Source: an uncultured Desulfosarcina sp. (GTDB lineage Bacteria; Desulfobacterota; Desulfobacteria; Desulfobacterales; Desulfosarcinaceae). Taken from it: a DNA stretch of 64,000 nt. The position numbers were made by a program, and so were the translations under genes. Shown here one piece after another: positions 29,486 through 38,623 of the stretch. The stretch covers positions 256,001 through 320,000 of the forward strand of contig CAXXWQ010000002.1 in the NCBI GenBank assembly GCA_963674945.2, in the 5' to 3' direction. The notes under the pieces were generated by a model. That model was not told the DNA's origin and made no database searches. It was given only the letters and a program-made list of their open reading frames with translations. Every line of letters starts with the position of its first letter. Positions within the stretch are counted from its first letter, which is position 1.

Positions 29486-29951
29486 ATGATGAGTGGAATC
29501 GCAAATGTGCTCGCCAATTCACCGACATGTGAAGCGTCCAAGACAGTCCTTGATGAAGCCGATGCTTCGAATATTTTTTCCGCTCTCGCCAATCAGCAAA
29601 ACGGAATGGAGGATTTATCCAACACCTATTTGGAAACCGGTATTACGGAATACTCCATATGAAGGCCATCGACATCGATCCCTCCTTTTACGAGGCATAC
29701 GCCGAGACCTATAATTTCGGAGATGAAATTCCGTCCACCGAAATTACACTCTGCCCACATATCCAGATTATGTGACTTACGATGCGGATTCCTATACGGC
29801 AACCATCGGTTTCACGATTCATCAAAACGAAACAGCAGACGGAACCATCGATCCATCCCACATTGTCTTCAAATTCGACGGCGAGGATGCCTACGGGGTG
29901 TCCATGGACGAGGATGCGGACGAATACTCCGGTTTTTCCGGCGTGGCATGA
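29486..29951 (+). pseudogene. Fragmented, internally deleted TPR-containing gene
   Basis: AGGAGA RBS plus ATG, then three short out-of-frame coding-like blocks: MMSGIANVL...EYSI*, KAIDIDPSFYEAY, and DGTIDPSHIVFKFDGEDAYG...YSGFSGVA*. Confidence 0.55.
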
Positions 29952-29986
29952 ATCAATTTGGCTGCTGCTCGTCTTTTCATTTCACA

Positions 29987-30316
29987 CTAGTGTGTATTGG
30001 CAGGAGGCCGAAGCGGTTCAGGAACCACGGGAGAGGGTCCCCAGATCCGAATATCGACGTGGGTGGCCAGCGAAGTTCCCAACTTCTCAATGAGTTCCGC
30101 CCAGTCTCCGGAATCGGCAAAGCCGGCCCAATCAGACAGCGTTTCCCACACCGTGATCAGCAGGATATGCGGAGAACCAAGCAGATTTCGATGGGCCTTC
30201 AGCTCCACAAACCCCTTGCGTTTCATTACGGGAACAATCGCCTTTCTCTGCCACTCGGAATAGGCCTCCGGATCAGATTGGGGCAACAGGTCATAAGTGA
30301 TGTGAACCTCTATCAC
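29987..30316 (-). CDS. ABM-like dimeric alpha/beta-barrel protein
   Basis: GTG start with AGGAGG RBS; YDLLP...Y.EW...GFVE...WETLSDW. Confidence 0.65.
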   Translation of the reverse strand: MIEVHITYDLLPQSDPEAYSEWQRKAIVPVMKRKGFVELKAHRNLLGSPHILLITVWETLSDWAGFADSGDWAELIEKLGTSLATHVDIRIWGPSPVVPEPLRPPANTH

Positions 30317-30458
30317 GGCTTCCTCCTTTCCGGTCTCGTTTGAGACGGCCTCAGTCTATGAATGAATTGTGTTACCAAGCCATTACCATAATAATATGAT
30401 ATCCCATGAAATAACAGTCCAATTTGTTCTTAACTGGTCAACTTTCGTGAGGCTGATT

Positions 30459-31379
30459 CTACCCTTTCATGCATTTCCAATCAGGCCGGGTCTTTTTAAT
30501 AAAAACTGTTTTCACCTTATCCATAAAGCTTTCTAATAGAGGCGAGATCCATTTTCCTCGGCACCATATCATCAGGACAGCAGTTTCAATAGCCTCTTTC
30601 TCCCAATTCAGGGAGGTTAGGTTACCTTGAGAAATTTCTGCTTCTGCTGCTATATCAGGCATTATGGTAATTCCGAGGCCCTTTGAAACACATTGTTTGA
30701 TTGCTTCTATGCTGTTCATTTCCACCAAAGACCCTGCTTCTATTTTTTCTTGGATGAGCCATTGCTCAAACATCATCTTATAACTGCAATCATGCTTAGG
30801 TAAAAAGATGGTTTCACCAGATAAGTCTGTAATTGAAACTCTTTTTTTTTGAGCTAGGTTATGATTAGGGGCGCTAAGCACTACCAACGTCACTGTTCCT
30901 AAAAACTCAGTTTTCAGTTCTGAAAAATCAACAGCGTCAGCCAAAAGAAAAGCAATGTCGGTTATTCCGGTTTTAAGTTCGTTTGGAAGGTTTTGATATT
31001 CACAGCTTGCCACGTCAAAGTCTATACTAGGATAGGATTTGTAAAATTCCTGCAGGATGTCGGGAAGAAAATAGGTTCCAAGGGTTTGGGGAATTCTTAA
31101 CGATAATTTCCCTTGGGGTGTTTTTGTCTCAGATACTTTTGCAACGGCTTCTTTCTCTATGGCAACGATTTTCTGTGCATATTGTACAATATCTCTGCCA
31201 GCCTCAGTTAGATCAATGGTTTTGCCCTTCCTTTGAAAAAGGGGTTTCCCCAACTCCTCTTCTAAGATTTTTATCTGGGCAGATACAGTGGATTGGGCAT
31301 AGTTCAATGTCTCAGCAGATTTTCTGAAATTAAGCAACCTCGCCACAGTTAAAAATGTTTTCAGGTTTCGGATCTCCAA
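30459..31379 (-). CDS. LysR family transcriptional regulator
   Basis: LKTFLTVARLLNFRKSAETLNYAQSTVSAQIKILEEELGKPLFQR; TTG start at 31379 after AAGGAG. Confidence 0.92.
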   Translation of the reverse strand: MEIRNLKTFLTVARLLNFRKSAETLNYAQSTVSAQIKILEEELGKPLFQRKGKTIDLTEAGRDIVQYAQKIVAIEKEAVAKVSETKTPQGKLSLRIPQTLGTYFLPDILQEFYKSYPSIDFDVASCEYQNLPNELKTGITDIAFLLADAVDFSELKTEFLGTVTLVVLSAPNHNLAQKKRVSITDLSGETIFLPKHDCSYKMMFEQWLIQEKIEAGSLVEMNSIEAIKQCVSKGLGITIMPDIAAEAEISQGNLTSLNWEKEAIETAVLMIWCRGKWISPLLESFMDKVKTVFIKKTRPDWKCMKG

Positions 31380-31389
31380 GCGATCTCCT

Positions 31390-31410
31390 TTGATCAATAA
31401 TTTCGATCAA
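31390..31410. promoter_or_regulatory. Candidate LysR recognition site
   Basis: TTGATC-AATAATTTC-GATCAA dyad containing T-N11-A in the divergent intergenic region. Confidence 0.45.
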
Positions 31411-31561
31411 ATACTTCAATTTATTTCATTGGACACAAAAATATCGATAATATATATAAACCCGAAATTCAAATAATTTCTGCAGAAATTTTCAATTAAC
31501 AGCCTGTCGATGACTCATAACGGGCTTCATTTACTATGAATAATGAGTAAAGGAGAAAATC

Positions 31562-32083
31562 GTGAAAAAGCAAATACCGTTAGTAACATTGCTGATAGTT
31601 AGCATCGTTCTTTGTAGTCCACTGGGGGCCTTAACTGGTGAAAACCCTGCGCCTTATCAAGTAAAGGTTACAAGCCGCGAAGTGGCAAACCGGATTGTTG
31701 AATCCTGTGTCCGAGGCCATAAGGTGTTGGCCGATCAGCCTAAAAATTTTGGTGCCGATGATTTGGCTCCCACCCCGCCGGAATACTTGGCCGTAGCCTA
31801 TAGCACCTGTGTTGTATCCACCCTTCGGTTTGTGGCTATACTGGACAAACTGGACATCAAAAATATTGAAGTCCAAGTGGAAGGAGAGGTTGACTTCTCA
31901 AAAGCAATGGGGCTTGCTACGACGAAAAGGGCTGGGTTTTCTGGCTTGAAGGTCATGATCAGCTTTAAATCGACCATGACGAAAAGCGAACAGCAAGCAT
32001 TTATCGATAAAGCGATGGAGCGGGGTGCTGTTCTTGACAATGTTCGTAACAGAACACAAGTGTTATATGAAATTGTAAACTAA
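31562..32083 (+). CDS. OsmC/Ohr family protein with N-terminal signal-like peptide
   Basis: GH....DQP..FGADD.APTP.EYL......C; AAGGAG RBS with GTG start. Confidence 0.8.
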   Translation: MKKQIPLVTLLIVSIVLCSPLGALTGENPAPYQVKVTSREVANRIVESCVRGHKVLADQPKNFGADDLAPTPPEYLAVAYSTCVVSTLRFVAILDKLDIKNIEVQVEGEVDFSKAMGLATTKRAGFSGLKVMISFKSTMTKSEQQAFIDKAMERGAVLDNVRNRTQVLYEIVN

Positions 32084-32090
32084 TTCGTTT

Positions 32091-32984
32091 CTATTCATCG
32101 CCTGCAACCATTTCCCCGGCATGATAAGAGCTTCTCACGAAGGGCCCGGAGGCGACTTTTTCGAATCCCATGGAGAGCGCCGTTTGCCGCCAATGATCGA
32201 AGGTTTCCGGCGGGACGAATTCGGTTACCGGCAAGTGATCGGCCGTGGGTTGGAGGTACTGGCCGATGGTGAGCAGACGGCAACCCGTTTTGTGGATGTC
32301 GCCGACGACCTGCCGGATCTCTTGTTCGGTTTCGCCCAGACCCAACATGATACCGGACTTGGGTATGATGGCCGGGGCGATTTCTCTGACCCGGGACAGC
32401 AGTTCCAGTGATCGGTCGTAGTCGGCCTGGGGGCGGACAGTGGGGTAGAGGCGTCGAACGGTCTCCATGTTGTGATTGAGCACGTGGGGTCGGGCGACGA
32501 GAACCGTCTCCAGGGCTTTTCGGTCGCCTTTGAAATCGGGGATGAGGACTTCGACCCCCACCCCGGGGATTTTCGCCTTCAGGGCATGGATGGTGGCGGC
32601 GAAATGTGCGGCGCCGCCGTCTTCCAGATCGTCCCGGGTCACCGATGTGACCACCACATGGCGAAGATTCATCCGCGCAGCCGCGTCGGCCACCCGCCGC
32701 GGCTCGTCGGGGTCCAGGGAAAGCGGCGTTCCGCCACGGATATTGCAGAAGGTGCAGCTTCTCGTGCAGACGGAGCCAAGGATCAAAAAAGTGGCCGTAT
32801 GGGCGGAGAAACATTCGAACTGGTTGGGGCAGTTGGCCTCCTGGCATACCGTATGGAGCCGGCCGGACGCGATCATGGAGCGGATCTTCTCATAGGCCGG
32901 CCCGGAGGGCAGCTTTTTTTTCAGCCAGGGGGGTTTGTTGGTTTTTATTGGTTTTCGGTTCACGGTTGACGGTTCTCGGTTCAT
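32091..32984 (-). CDS. lipA: Lipoyl synthase
   Basis: CQEANCPNQFEC, CTRSCTFC, VTRDDLEDGGA, RSSY. Confidence 0.96.
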   Translation of the reverse strand: MNREPSTVNRKPIKTNKPPWLKKKLPSGPAYEKIRSMIASGRLHTVCQEANCPNQFECFSAHTATFLILGSVCTRSCTFCNIRGGTPLSLDPDEPRRVADAAARMNLRHVVVTSVTRDDLEDGGAAHFAATIHALKAKIPGVGVEVLIPDFKGDRKALETVLVARPHVLNHNMETVRRLYPTVRPQADYDRSLELLSRVREIAPAIIPKSGIMLGLGETEQEIRQVVGDIHKTGCRLLTIGQYLQPTADHLPVTEFVPPETFDHWRQTALSMGFEKVASGPFVRSSYHAGEMVAGDE

Positions 32985-33041
32985 GGTTTATGTTTCTATG
33001 GGTAACAAATAAAGGGTTCAAGGGGGTATGAGTTTGTCTTC

Positions 33042-33164
33042 TATTATACCGGCAATTAAATAGCTCAATCTCTCCTGAGCTATATTATCATAAAACCCTG
33101 TAAGCCGCAGGTTCAAGAAAATTACTATATCTGTAAGCTGGGCTATTTAATTGCCGGTTTAATA
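33042..33164. repeat. Family D MITE-like element (123 bp; 26-bp terminal inverted repeat, 2 mismatches)
   Basis: TATTATACCGGCAATTAAATAGCTCA ... TGGGCTATTTAATTGCCGGTTTAATA between lipB and lipA. Confidence 0.75.
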
Positions 33165-33173
33165 ATGATCGAA

Positions 33174-33920
33174 TTAGGGCTTTCCGCATCCTTTCGACAC
33201 CTCGAATCCTTTTTCCCCAATTTCTTTAAAAAGCCGTTCCGCCGACACCTGGATCAACCTAACGCCCAACGCTTCACCCAAATGTCCGGCCAGGACCTGT
33301 CGGGCTTCTGTCATGTCCACAGGATAGCCCAAAAGACGCTCGACACTGGTCATCTTTACCCGGTCAAGGCCGCAGGGATGGATCCAGGAAAAGGGTTCCA
33401 TGTCCGTGTTGACGTTAAGGGCCAGGCCGTGAAAGCTGATTCCCCGGCGCACGGTGATGCCGATGCTGCCCAGCTTGTCGCCGGCCACCCAGACGCCACG
33501 GTTTGCAGGGGCCGTCTCCGCTTCGATGCCCCAATGGGAGGCGGCTCGGATCATGGCTTGCTCCAAAGCCGAAACAAAATCGACCACCCGGAAACGCCGC
33601 TGATTGAGCGCGACGATGGGATAGCCCACCAGTTGCCCCGGTCCGTGATAGGTGATGTTGCCGCCCCGTTCTGTTGGTACCACGGCTACATGCTGTTGTC
33701 CCAGAAACGCTTCGGTGACGCACAGGTTCTCCCGACCGCCGCGTCGGCCCAGGGTGAAGACCCGGGGGTGTTCGACGAAAATGGCGACGTCTTCTCGCAG
33801 TCGTTTCTCTACTTTTGCTTTCACGACGGACAGCTGCAGGTTCAAGGCTTTCCCATAGTCGGTCAGGGGAAGCTCCACCCACCAGAAATCCGCTTGGTCG
33901 TTGTCGTTCCCGGCAGTCAT
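33174..33920 (-). CDS. lipB: Octanoyltransferase
   Basis: EHPRVFTLGRR, RGGNITYHGPGQLVGYP, KLGSIG, HGLALNV, PCG. Confidence 0.95.
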   Translation of the reverse strand: MTAGNDNDQADFWWVELPLTDYGKALNLQLSVVKAKVEKRLREDVAIFVEHPRVFTLGRRGGRENLCVTEAFLGQQHVAVVPTERGGNITYHGPGQLVGYPIVALNQRRFRVVDFVSALEQAMIRAASHWGIEAETAPANRGVWVAGDKLGSIGITVRRGISFHGLALNVNTDMEPFSWIHPCGLDRVKMTSVERLLGYPVDMTEARQVLAGHLGEALGVRLIQVSAERLFKEIGEKGFEVSKGCGKP

Positions 33921-33958
33921 CAGCACTTCATCTACGTCTCTCGTCCATCGCCTATGCG

Positions 33959-35425
33959 TTATCCCTTCAGACAGGGTTTTCTTGCCGCCAGAGTCTCGTC
34001 CAGCCTTCGTAATTTGGGAATCCGGGGTGCCTCGTGCAGGCGTTCGGGGCTGTTTTTTGCCTCTTCGGCGATCTGTCGCATGGCGTCGATAAACTGGTCC
34101 AATGTCTCCCTGGATTCGGATTCGGTGGGTTCGATCATGATGGCGCCGTCGACCACCAAAGGGAAATAGACCGTGGGTGGATGGAATCCGTGGTCCATGA
34201 GTCTTTTTGCGATGTCCATCGTTGCCACACCGTTTTCCTGCTGCAGTTTGTCGGTGAAGACACATTCGTGCATACAGGGCCGGTCATATGCGAGGTGATA
34301 GTGTCCCTTGAGGTTTTCCTTGAGGTAATTGGCGTTGAGAACGGCGTACTGACTGACTTTTTTGAGATCCTTGCCCACACTGCGGATGTAGCTGTAGGCG
34401 CGGACGAGGATCCCGAAGTTGCCGAAAAAGGCGTGAACCTTTCCCACGGACAAAGGGTAGTTCTCATCCAGGCGAAAGCGTTCGTCCTCTTTGACGACCC
34501 GGGGCACGGGCAGAAAAGGTTCCAATACCGTGGTGACGCAAATCGGTCCGGCACCGGGTCCGCCGCCGCCGTGTGGGGTGGAGAAGGTCTTGTGCAGGTT
34601 GAGGTGCAAGATGTCCACACCGGTGCGGCCCACGTCCACCATGCCCATGATGGCGTTCAGGTTGGCTCCGTCCCCGTAGACCAGTCCGCCCTTTTCATGG
34701 ACGATGTCGGCCACATTACGGATGTTGTCCTCGAACAGCCCCAGGGTGTTGGGATTGGTGATCATGATGCCGGCCGTGTCTTCATCCATCTTTTCGGCTA
34801 CCAACGTGGGCTCCAGGACGCCGTTTTCTCCGGATTCGACCGCAACGGCGGTAAAGCCGCACAGGGCGGCGCTGGCAGGGTTGGTCCCATGGGCCGTATC
34901 CGGTATGAGAACCTTGGTGCGCGGGCGTCCCTGGTGTTTGTGAAATGCGGCAAAGATCAGCATCCCGGTCAATTCTCCCTGGGACCCTGCCGCCGGTTGC
35001 ACACAGACGGCGGGTAGTCCGGTGATTTCTCCCAGGTATCGTTGCAGGTCGAAGATCAATGCAAGGGCGCCCTGGCTCAGGCTCTCGGGCAGCATGGGAT
35101 GAGCAAAGGCAAAACCGGGGATGGATGCCATCCGTTCGTTGATCTTGGGATTGTATTTCATGGTGCATGACCCCAGCGGATACATCCCGCTGTCCACGCC
35201 GAAGTTCCACTGAGAGAGTCTCGTGAAGTGGCGCACCACGTCCGGTTCGCAAAGATCGGGGAAATCGGGGCCTTCTCCCGTGAGCGCCTCGTCCAGGGAT
35301 GCTTCGTCCACATCTCTTTTGGGCAGCGACAAGCCCGTTCGTCCCGGTGAGCCCTTTTCCCAGAGAAGGGGCTCGTTGAAGACAAGGCCGGTGGTTCCCA
35401 TTTTCTCTTTGGTTGCAGTTTTCAT
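33959..35425 (-). CDS. gcvPB: Glycine dehydrogenase (decarboxylating) subunit 2
   Basis: YPLGSCTMKYNP, HGTNPASA, TNPNTLG, LNLHKTFSTPHGGGGPG. Confidence 0.95.
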   Translation of the reverse strand: MKTATKEKMGTTGLVFNEPLLWEKGSPGRTGLSLPKRDVDEASLDEALTGEGPDFPDLCEPDVVRHFTRLSQWNFGVDSGMYPLGSCTMKYNPKINERMASIPGFAFAHPMLPESLSQGALALIFDLQRYLGEITGLPAVCVQPAAGSQGELTGMLIFAAFHKHQGRPRTKVLIPDTAHGTNPASAALCGFTAVAVESGENGVLEPTLVAEKMDEDTAGIMITNPNTLGLFEDNIRNVADIVHEKGGLVYGDGANLNAIMGMVDVGRTGVDILHLNLHKTFSTPHGGGGPGAGPICVTTVLEPFLPVPRVVKEDERFRLDENYPLSVGKVHAFFGNFGILVRAYSYIRSVGKDLKKVSQYAVLNANYLKENLKGHYHLAYDRPCMHECVFTDKLQQENGVATMDIAKRLMDHGFHPPTVYFPLVVDGAIMIEPTESESRETLDQFIDAMRQIAEEAKNSPERLHEAPRIPKLRRLDETLAARKPCLKG

Positions 35426-36756
35426 CGGGTCACCTCCTGGACCAGGGCGTCCATGTCGTTTTTGTCGATGGTTTCTGTCACGCACATGAGCCAGCAATCG
35501 ACCATTTCCGGGTAGAAGGGCGTAAGGTGCAAACCGGCCACGATCTTCTTGTCCACCAGTCGTTTCCAGGTGTCTGTAAATCCTTTGGGAAAGCGGACCA
35601 CGAACTCGTTGAAGGTCGGTGCGGTAAAAGGCGATTCGTGACCGGACGCGGCGAGGGCTTTTTTGAGGTACTCGGCCCGATCCCGGTTGAGGCAGGAGAG
35701 TTGTCGGATGCCCGTGCCGCCCATGGCCGCCATATACATGGTCGACGCGGTGGCACACAGGCCCTGGTTGGTGCAGATGTTGGACGTAGCTTTTTCCCTG
35801 CGAATATGTTGCTCCCGGGTGGCCAGGGTCAACACATAGCCGGTTTTTCCATCCCGATCCACGGTCTTGCCGATGAGACGCCCCGGCATGGCGCGAAGAA
35901 ACTGCTGTTTGGCGGCGAACATGCCCAGACCGGGGCCGCCGAAGCTCTGTGGAATGCCGAAACTCTGACCTTCGCCACAGGCGATATCCGCACCACAGGC
36001 GCCCGGGCTTTTGAGCAGGCCATAGGCCAGCGGTTCGGAAAAGGCGGTGACGAAAAGGGTCTTGGGATCGGCATGAATGATCTGACCGGCCGTCGCCAGG
36101 TCTTCGATACAGCCGAAGAAGTTAGGACTCTGCACGGCCACGCCGGCCAGTTCTCCCAGTTCGGTCAGTCCGGACAGATCCGTGCGGCCGTCTGTACCCA
36201 CGGGCAATTCTACAATCTCGAAGCCGGTGGGGGAGAAATAGGTTTTAACCACCCGGCGATACGTGGGATGGATACCGCACGATACGGCGACCCGCTTTCG
36301 ACGGGTGACCCGGATGGTCATGAGCATTGCCTCGGCCAGGGCCGATGCGCCGTCGTACATGGAGGCGTTGGCCACGTCCATGCCCAGCAGACGGGTGACC
36401 AGGGTCTGGTATTCATAGATGGTCTGAAGCGTGCCCTGGCTGATCTCCGGCTGGTAGGGGGTGTAGGCGGTGAAGAACTCTCCCCGCAACAAAAGCTGCC
36501 GCGTGATCTCCGGAATCCAGTGGTGGTAACTGCCGGCGCCCATGAATACCTTGAAGGCGGGTGATGCGCCCATGCCTTCGGCCAGTTTGTTCATGTGCGT
36601 AGACAGTTCCCATTCGGTGAGGGGTTCGGGCAGGTTGATCTCTTTTTTCCTGCGGCAATCGGCGGGAATACTGGTAAAGAGTGTGTCCAGATCCGCCGCG
36701 CTTACCGCCTTGAGCATATGGTCGATGTCTTCGGGGGTATGGGGCAGATATCGCAT
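35422..36756 (-). CDS. gcvPA: Glycine dehydrogenase (decarboxylating) subunit 1
   Basis: MRYLPHT, YTPYQPEISQG, NASMYDG, REQHIRREKATSNICTNQ. Confidence 0.95.
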   Translation of the reverse strand: MRYLPHTPEDIDHMLKAVSAADLDTLFTSIPADCRRKKEINLPEPLTEWELSTHMNKLAEGMGASPAFKVFMGAGSYHHWIPEITRQLLLRGEFFTAYTPYQPEISQGTLQTIYEYQTLVTRLLGMDVANASMYDGASALAEAMLMTIRVTRRKRVAVSCGIHPTYRRVVKTYFSPTGFEIVELPVGTDGRTDLSGLTELGELAGVAVQSPNFFGCIEDLATAGQIIHADPKTLFVTAFSEPLAYGLLKSPGACGADIACGEGQSFGIPQSFGGPGLGMFAAKQQFLRAMPGRLIGKTVDRDGKTGYVLTLATREQHIRREKATSNICTNQGLCATASTMYMAAMGGTGIRQLSCLNRDRAEYLKKALAASGHESPFTAPTFNEFVVRFPKGFTDTWKRLVDKKIVAGLHLTPFYPEMVDCWLMCVTETIDKNDMDALVQEVTR

Positions 36757-36761
36757 TGGTT

Positions 36762-37160
36762 TTATCCTTTCAACATTTCAAGGTAGGCGTTCTTGTCCAT
36801 TAAACGCGTCAGCTCTTTGGCATCGCCGGGTTTAATGTCAATCATCCAGCCGCCGTCATAGGGATCCTGGTTGACCAGTTCCGGTTTGTCGGCAAGGTCC
36901 TCGTTGATGGCCGTCACCTCTCCACCCACGGGCATGAAGAGTTCGGATGCGGCCTTTACCGACTCCACGGTGCCGAACTCCTCTCCTTTTTCGAAGGTGC
37001 TGCCCACCTCCGGCAGTTCGACGAAGACGATATCTCCCAACTGGTCCTGGGCATAGTCGGAAATGCCCACGCGGATGATATCACCCGTCTCTTTGGCCCA
37101 TTCATGGTCTTCGGTGTATCGCATGTCGTCCGGTATATTCATTTCGCTGATCGCTTTCAT
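36762..37160 (-). CDS. gcvH: Glycine cleavage system H protein
   Basis: HEW, GISDYAQDQLGD, VESVKA (lipoyl Lys), N.DPY..GW. Confidence 0.96.
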   Translation of the reverse strand: MKAISEMNIPDDMRYTEDHEWAKETGDIIRVGISDYAQDQLGDIVFVELPEVGSTFEKGEEFGTVESVKAASELFMPVGGEVTAINEDLADKPELVNQDPYDGGWMIDIKPGDAKELTRLMDKNAYLEMLKG

Positions 37161-37216
37161 CGGTTTCCTCCCTTGTATTGTCTTTGTTTTATGAGGTGTC
37201 ATGGCCGCGGCGGCAC

Positions 37217-38482
37217 CTATCCGCGCATTTCGGCCATGGGTTTTCGGGCGGTGCGATCCGGACGTACGTCGTCGGTGATGGTCACGGTGAGCTTGCGCCG
37301 ATCGTCGGCGATCGTAACATGGCTTCCCATGGACAATTTACGATCGACCCTGATAAAACCGCAGCAAAGTCCTTTGGCGGTAAAATTTTCGGGCCTGTCC
37401 GGGCTGGCAACACTGAAGATTCGATCATCAAAACGACCGATGCCCATGTCTGTTACGCAGGTAAGCACTCTGCCGATCACCACACCACTGGCGTCGATGA
37501 CCCGGGAATCGCCGCCAACCGTGATTTTGCGTGGATCACTGCCCACGAAGATCTGCGTGAATTGGAATTCCGACAGATTTTCCAAGGCGGTCCGACCGAT
37601 GAAATCTTTGGTGAATCCGGTCTGGTCGGCGGTGAAGGGCAGGGCAAAGGGCCAGGGATGATTGAAAAATGGCCAGTCTCCGATATCCTGGTGGGAAAGG
37701 GCCAGCCCGGCACCGGCCCGCAGGCTGTCCCGCGCCGCCAGGCCACAGGGCCGGATGCCATGGGCCGTACCCGCATCCAACAGGCGCTGCCACTGGGATT
37801 GCACCTTGTCCGGCGCCAGGAAGATCTCGAACCCGAATTCACCGGTGTACCCGGTGCGGGACAAGAGGATCGGGGTTCCGTCTTCCAGGCGAACCACATC
37901 GGCCTGGGGGGCCTCGGGATCATAGTGGCCTTTGAAGGAGAAGTAGGGCATGGCGGAAAAGACATCATCCGGGTTCTGCAGACATCGGCCGAGGATCCTG
38001 GCCGATGCCGGACCCTGAATGTCAATCTTTCCCAGCCGGTCGGTCAGGTCCGTGATGGTTGCATGTCGACGTTCGAGATGTTTTTCCAGGTGATCGGCCA
38101 CGATCTTTCCCATGCCGGCGTTGACCACGACCATGTAGCTGGCCGCTTCCAGGAAAAAGACGATGGCGTCGTCGACGGTATGGCCTCTTTCATCCAAGAA
38201 GGCGCCGTAGACGCATCGTCCCGGCGAAAGGGGTGTTTTCTTCGGTCCCACGCAACCATCCAGATCGTTGGTAAAACAGTGCTGAAGAAGTTCTTTTGCG
38301 TCGGGACCGGTTACGATGACGGCGGGCATGTGACTGGTGTCGAAGATGCCGGCGCCGGTCAATACGGACAGGTGCTCCGCCTTCACCGATTCGTACCATA
38401 ATGGCATGTCGTAACCGCCGAAGTCGGCCATGTTGGCATTTTCATTCCGGTGCCAGGAATTAAGTGGTGTTTGTTTTAACAT
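37217..38482 (-). CDS. gcvT: Glycine cleavage aminomethyltransferase T
   Basis: LKQTPL, FGGYDMPLWY, FDTSHM, SRTGYTGEFGFE, GLAARDSLR. Confidence 0.9.
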   Translation of the reverse strand: MLKQTPLNSWHRNENANMADFGGYDMPLWYESVKAEHLSVLTGAGIFDTSHMPAVIVTGPDAKELLQHCFTNDLDGCVGPKKTPLSPGRCVYGAFLDERGHTVDDAIVFFLEAASYMVVVNAGMGKIVADHLEKHLERRHATITDLTDRLGKIDIQGPASARILGRCLQNPDDVFSAMPYFSFKGHYDPEAPQADVVRLEDGTPILLSRTGYTGEFGFEIFLAPDKVQSQWQRLLDAGTAHGIRPCGLAARDSLRAGAGLALSHQDIGDWPFFNHPWPFALPFTADQTGFTKDFIGRTALENLSEFQFTQIFVGSDPRKITVGGDSRVIDASGVVIGRVLTCVTDMGIGRFDDRIFSVASPDRPENFTAKGLCCGFIRVDRKLSMGSHVTIADDRRKLTVTITDDVRPDRTARKPMAEMRG

Positions 38483-38514
38483 TTGTCGTGACCTTCCGGA
38501 TTAAAAATTGAATG

Positions 38515-38621
38515 AGTGTTAAGTGTAAAGTTTTAAGTGTTAAGGGAAGGTCTTGCGATCATTTTAATATAAAATCGATAGAATTCATCAACTTAACACT
38601 TAAAACGTAATACTTAACACT
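38515..38621. repeat. Long inverted repeat built of AAGTGTT-type heptamers
   Basis: 30-bp arms (38515-38544, 38592-38621) with 3 mismatches. Confidence 0.75.
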
Positions 38622-38623
38622 TC

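Noticed and set aside
33921..35758. Extended N-termini in the ORF track for lipB and gcvPB (likewise DUF1611 from 3714, MFS from 8398, DGC from 27952, mlaE from 60847)
   Set aside because: The extensions overlap neighbouring genes or repeats; downstream starts fit the family N-termini and RBS positions.
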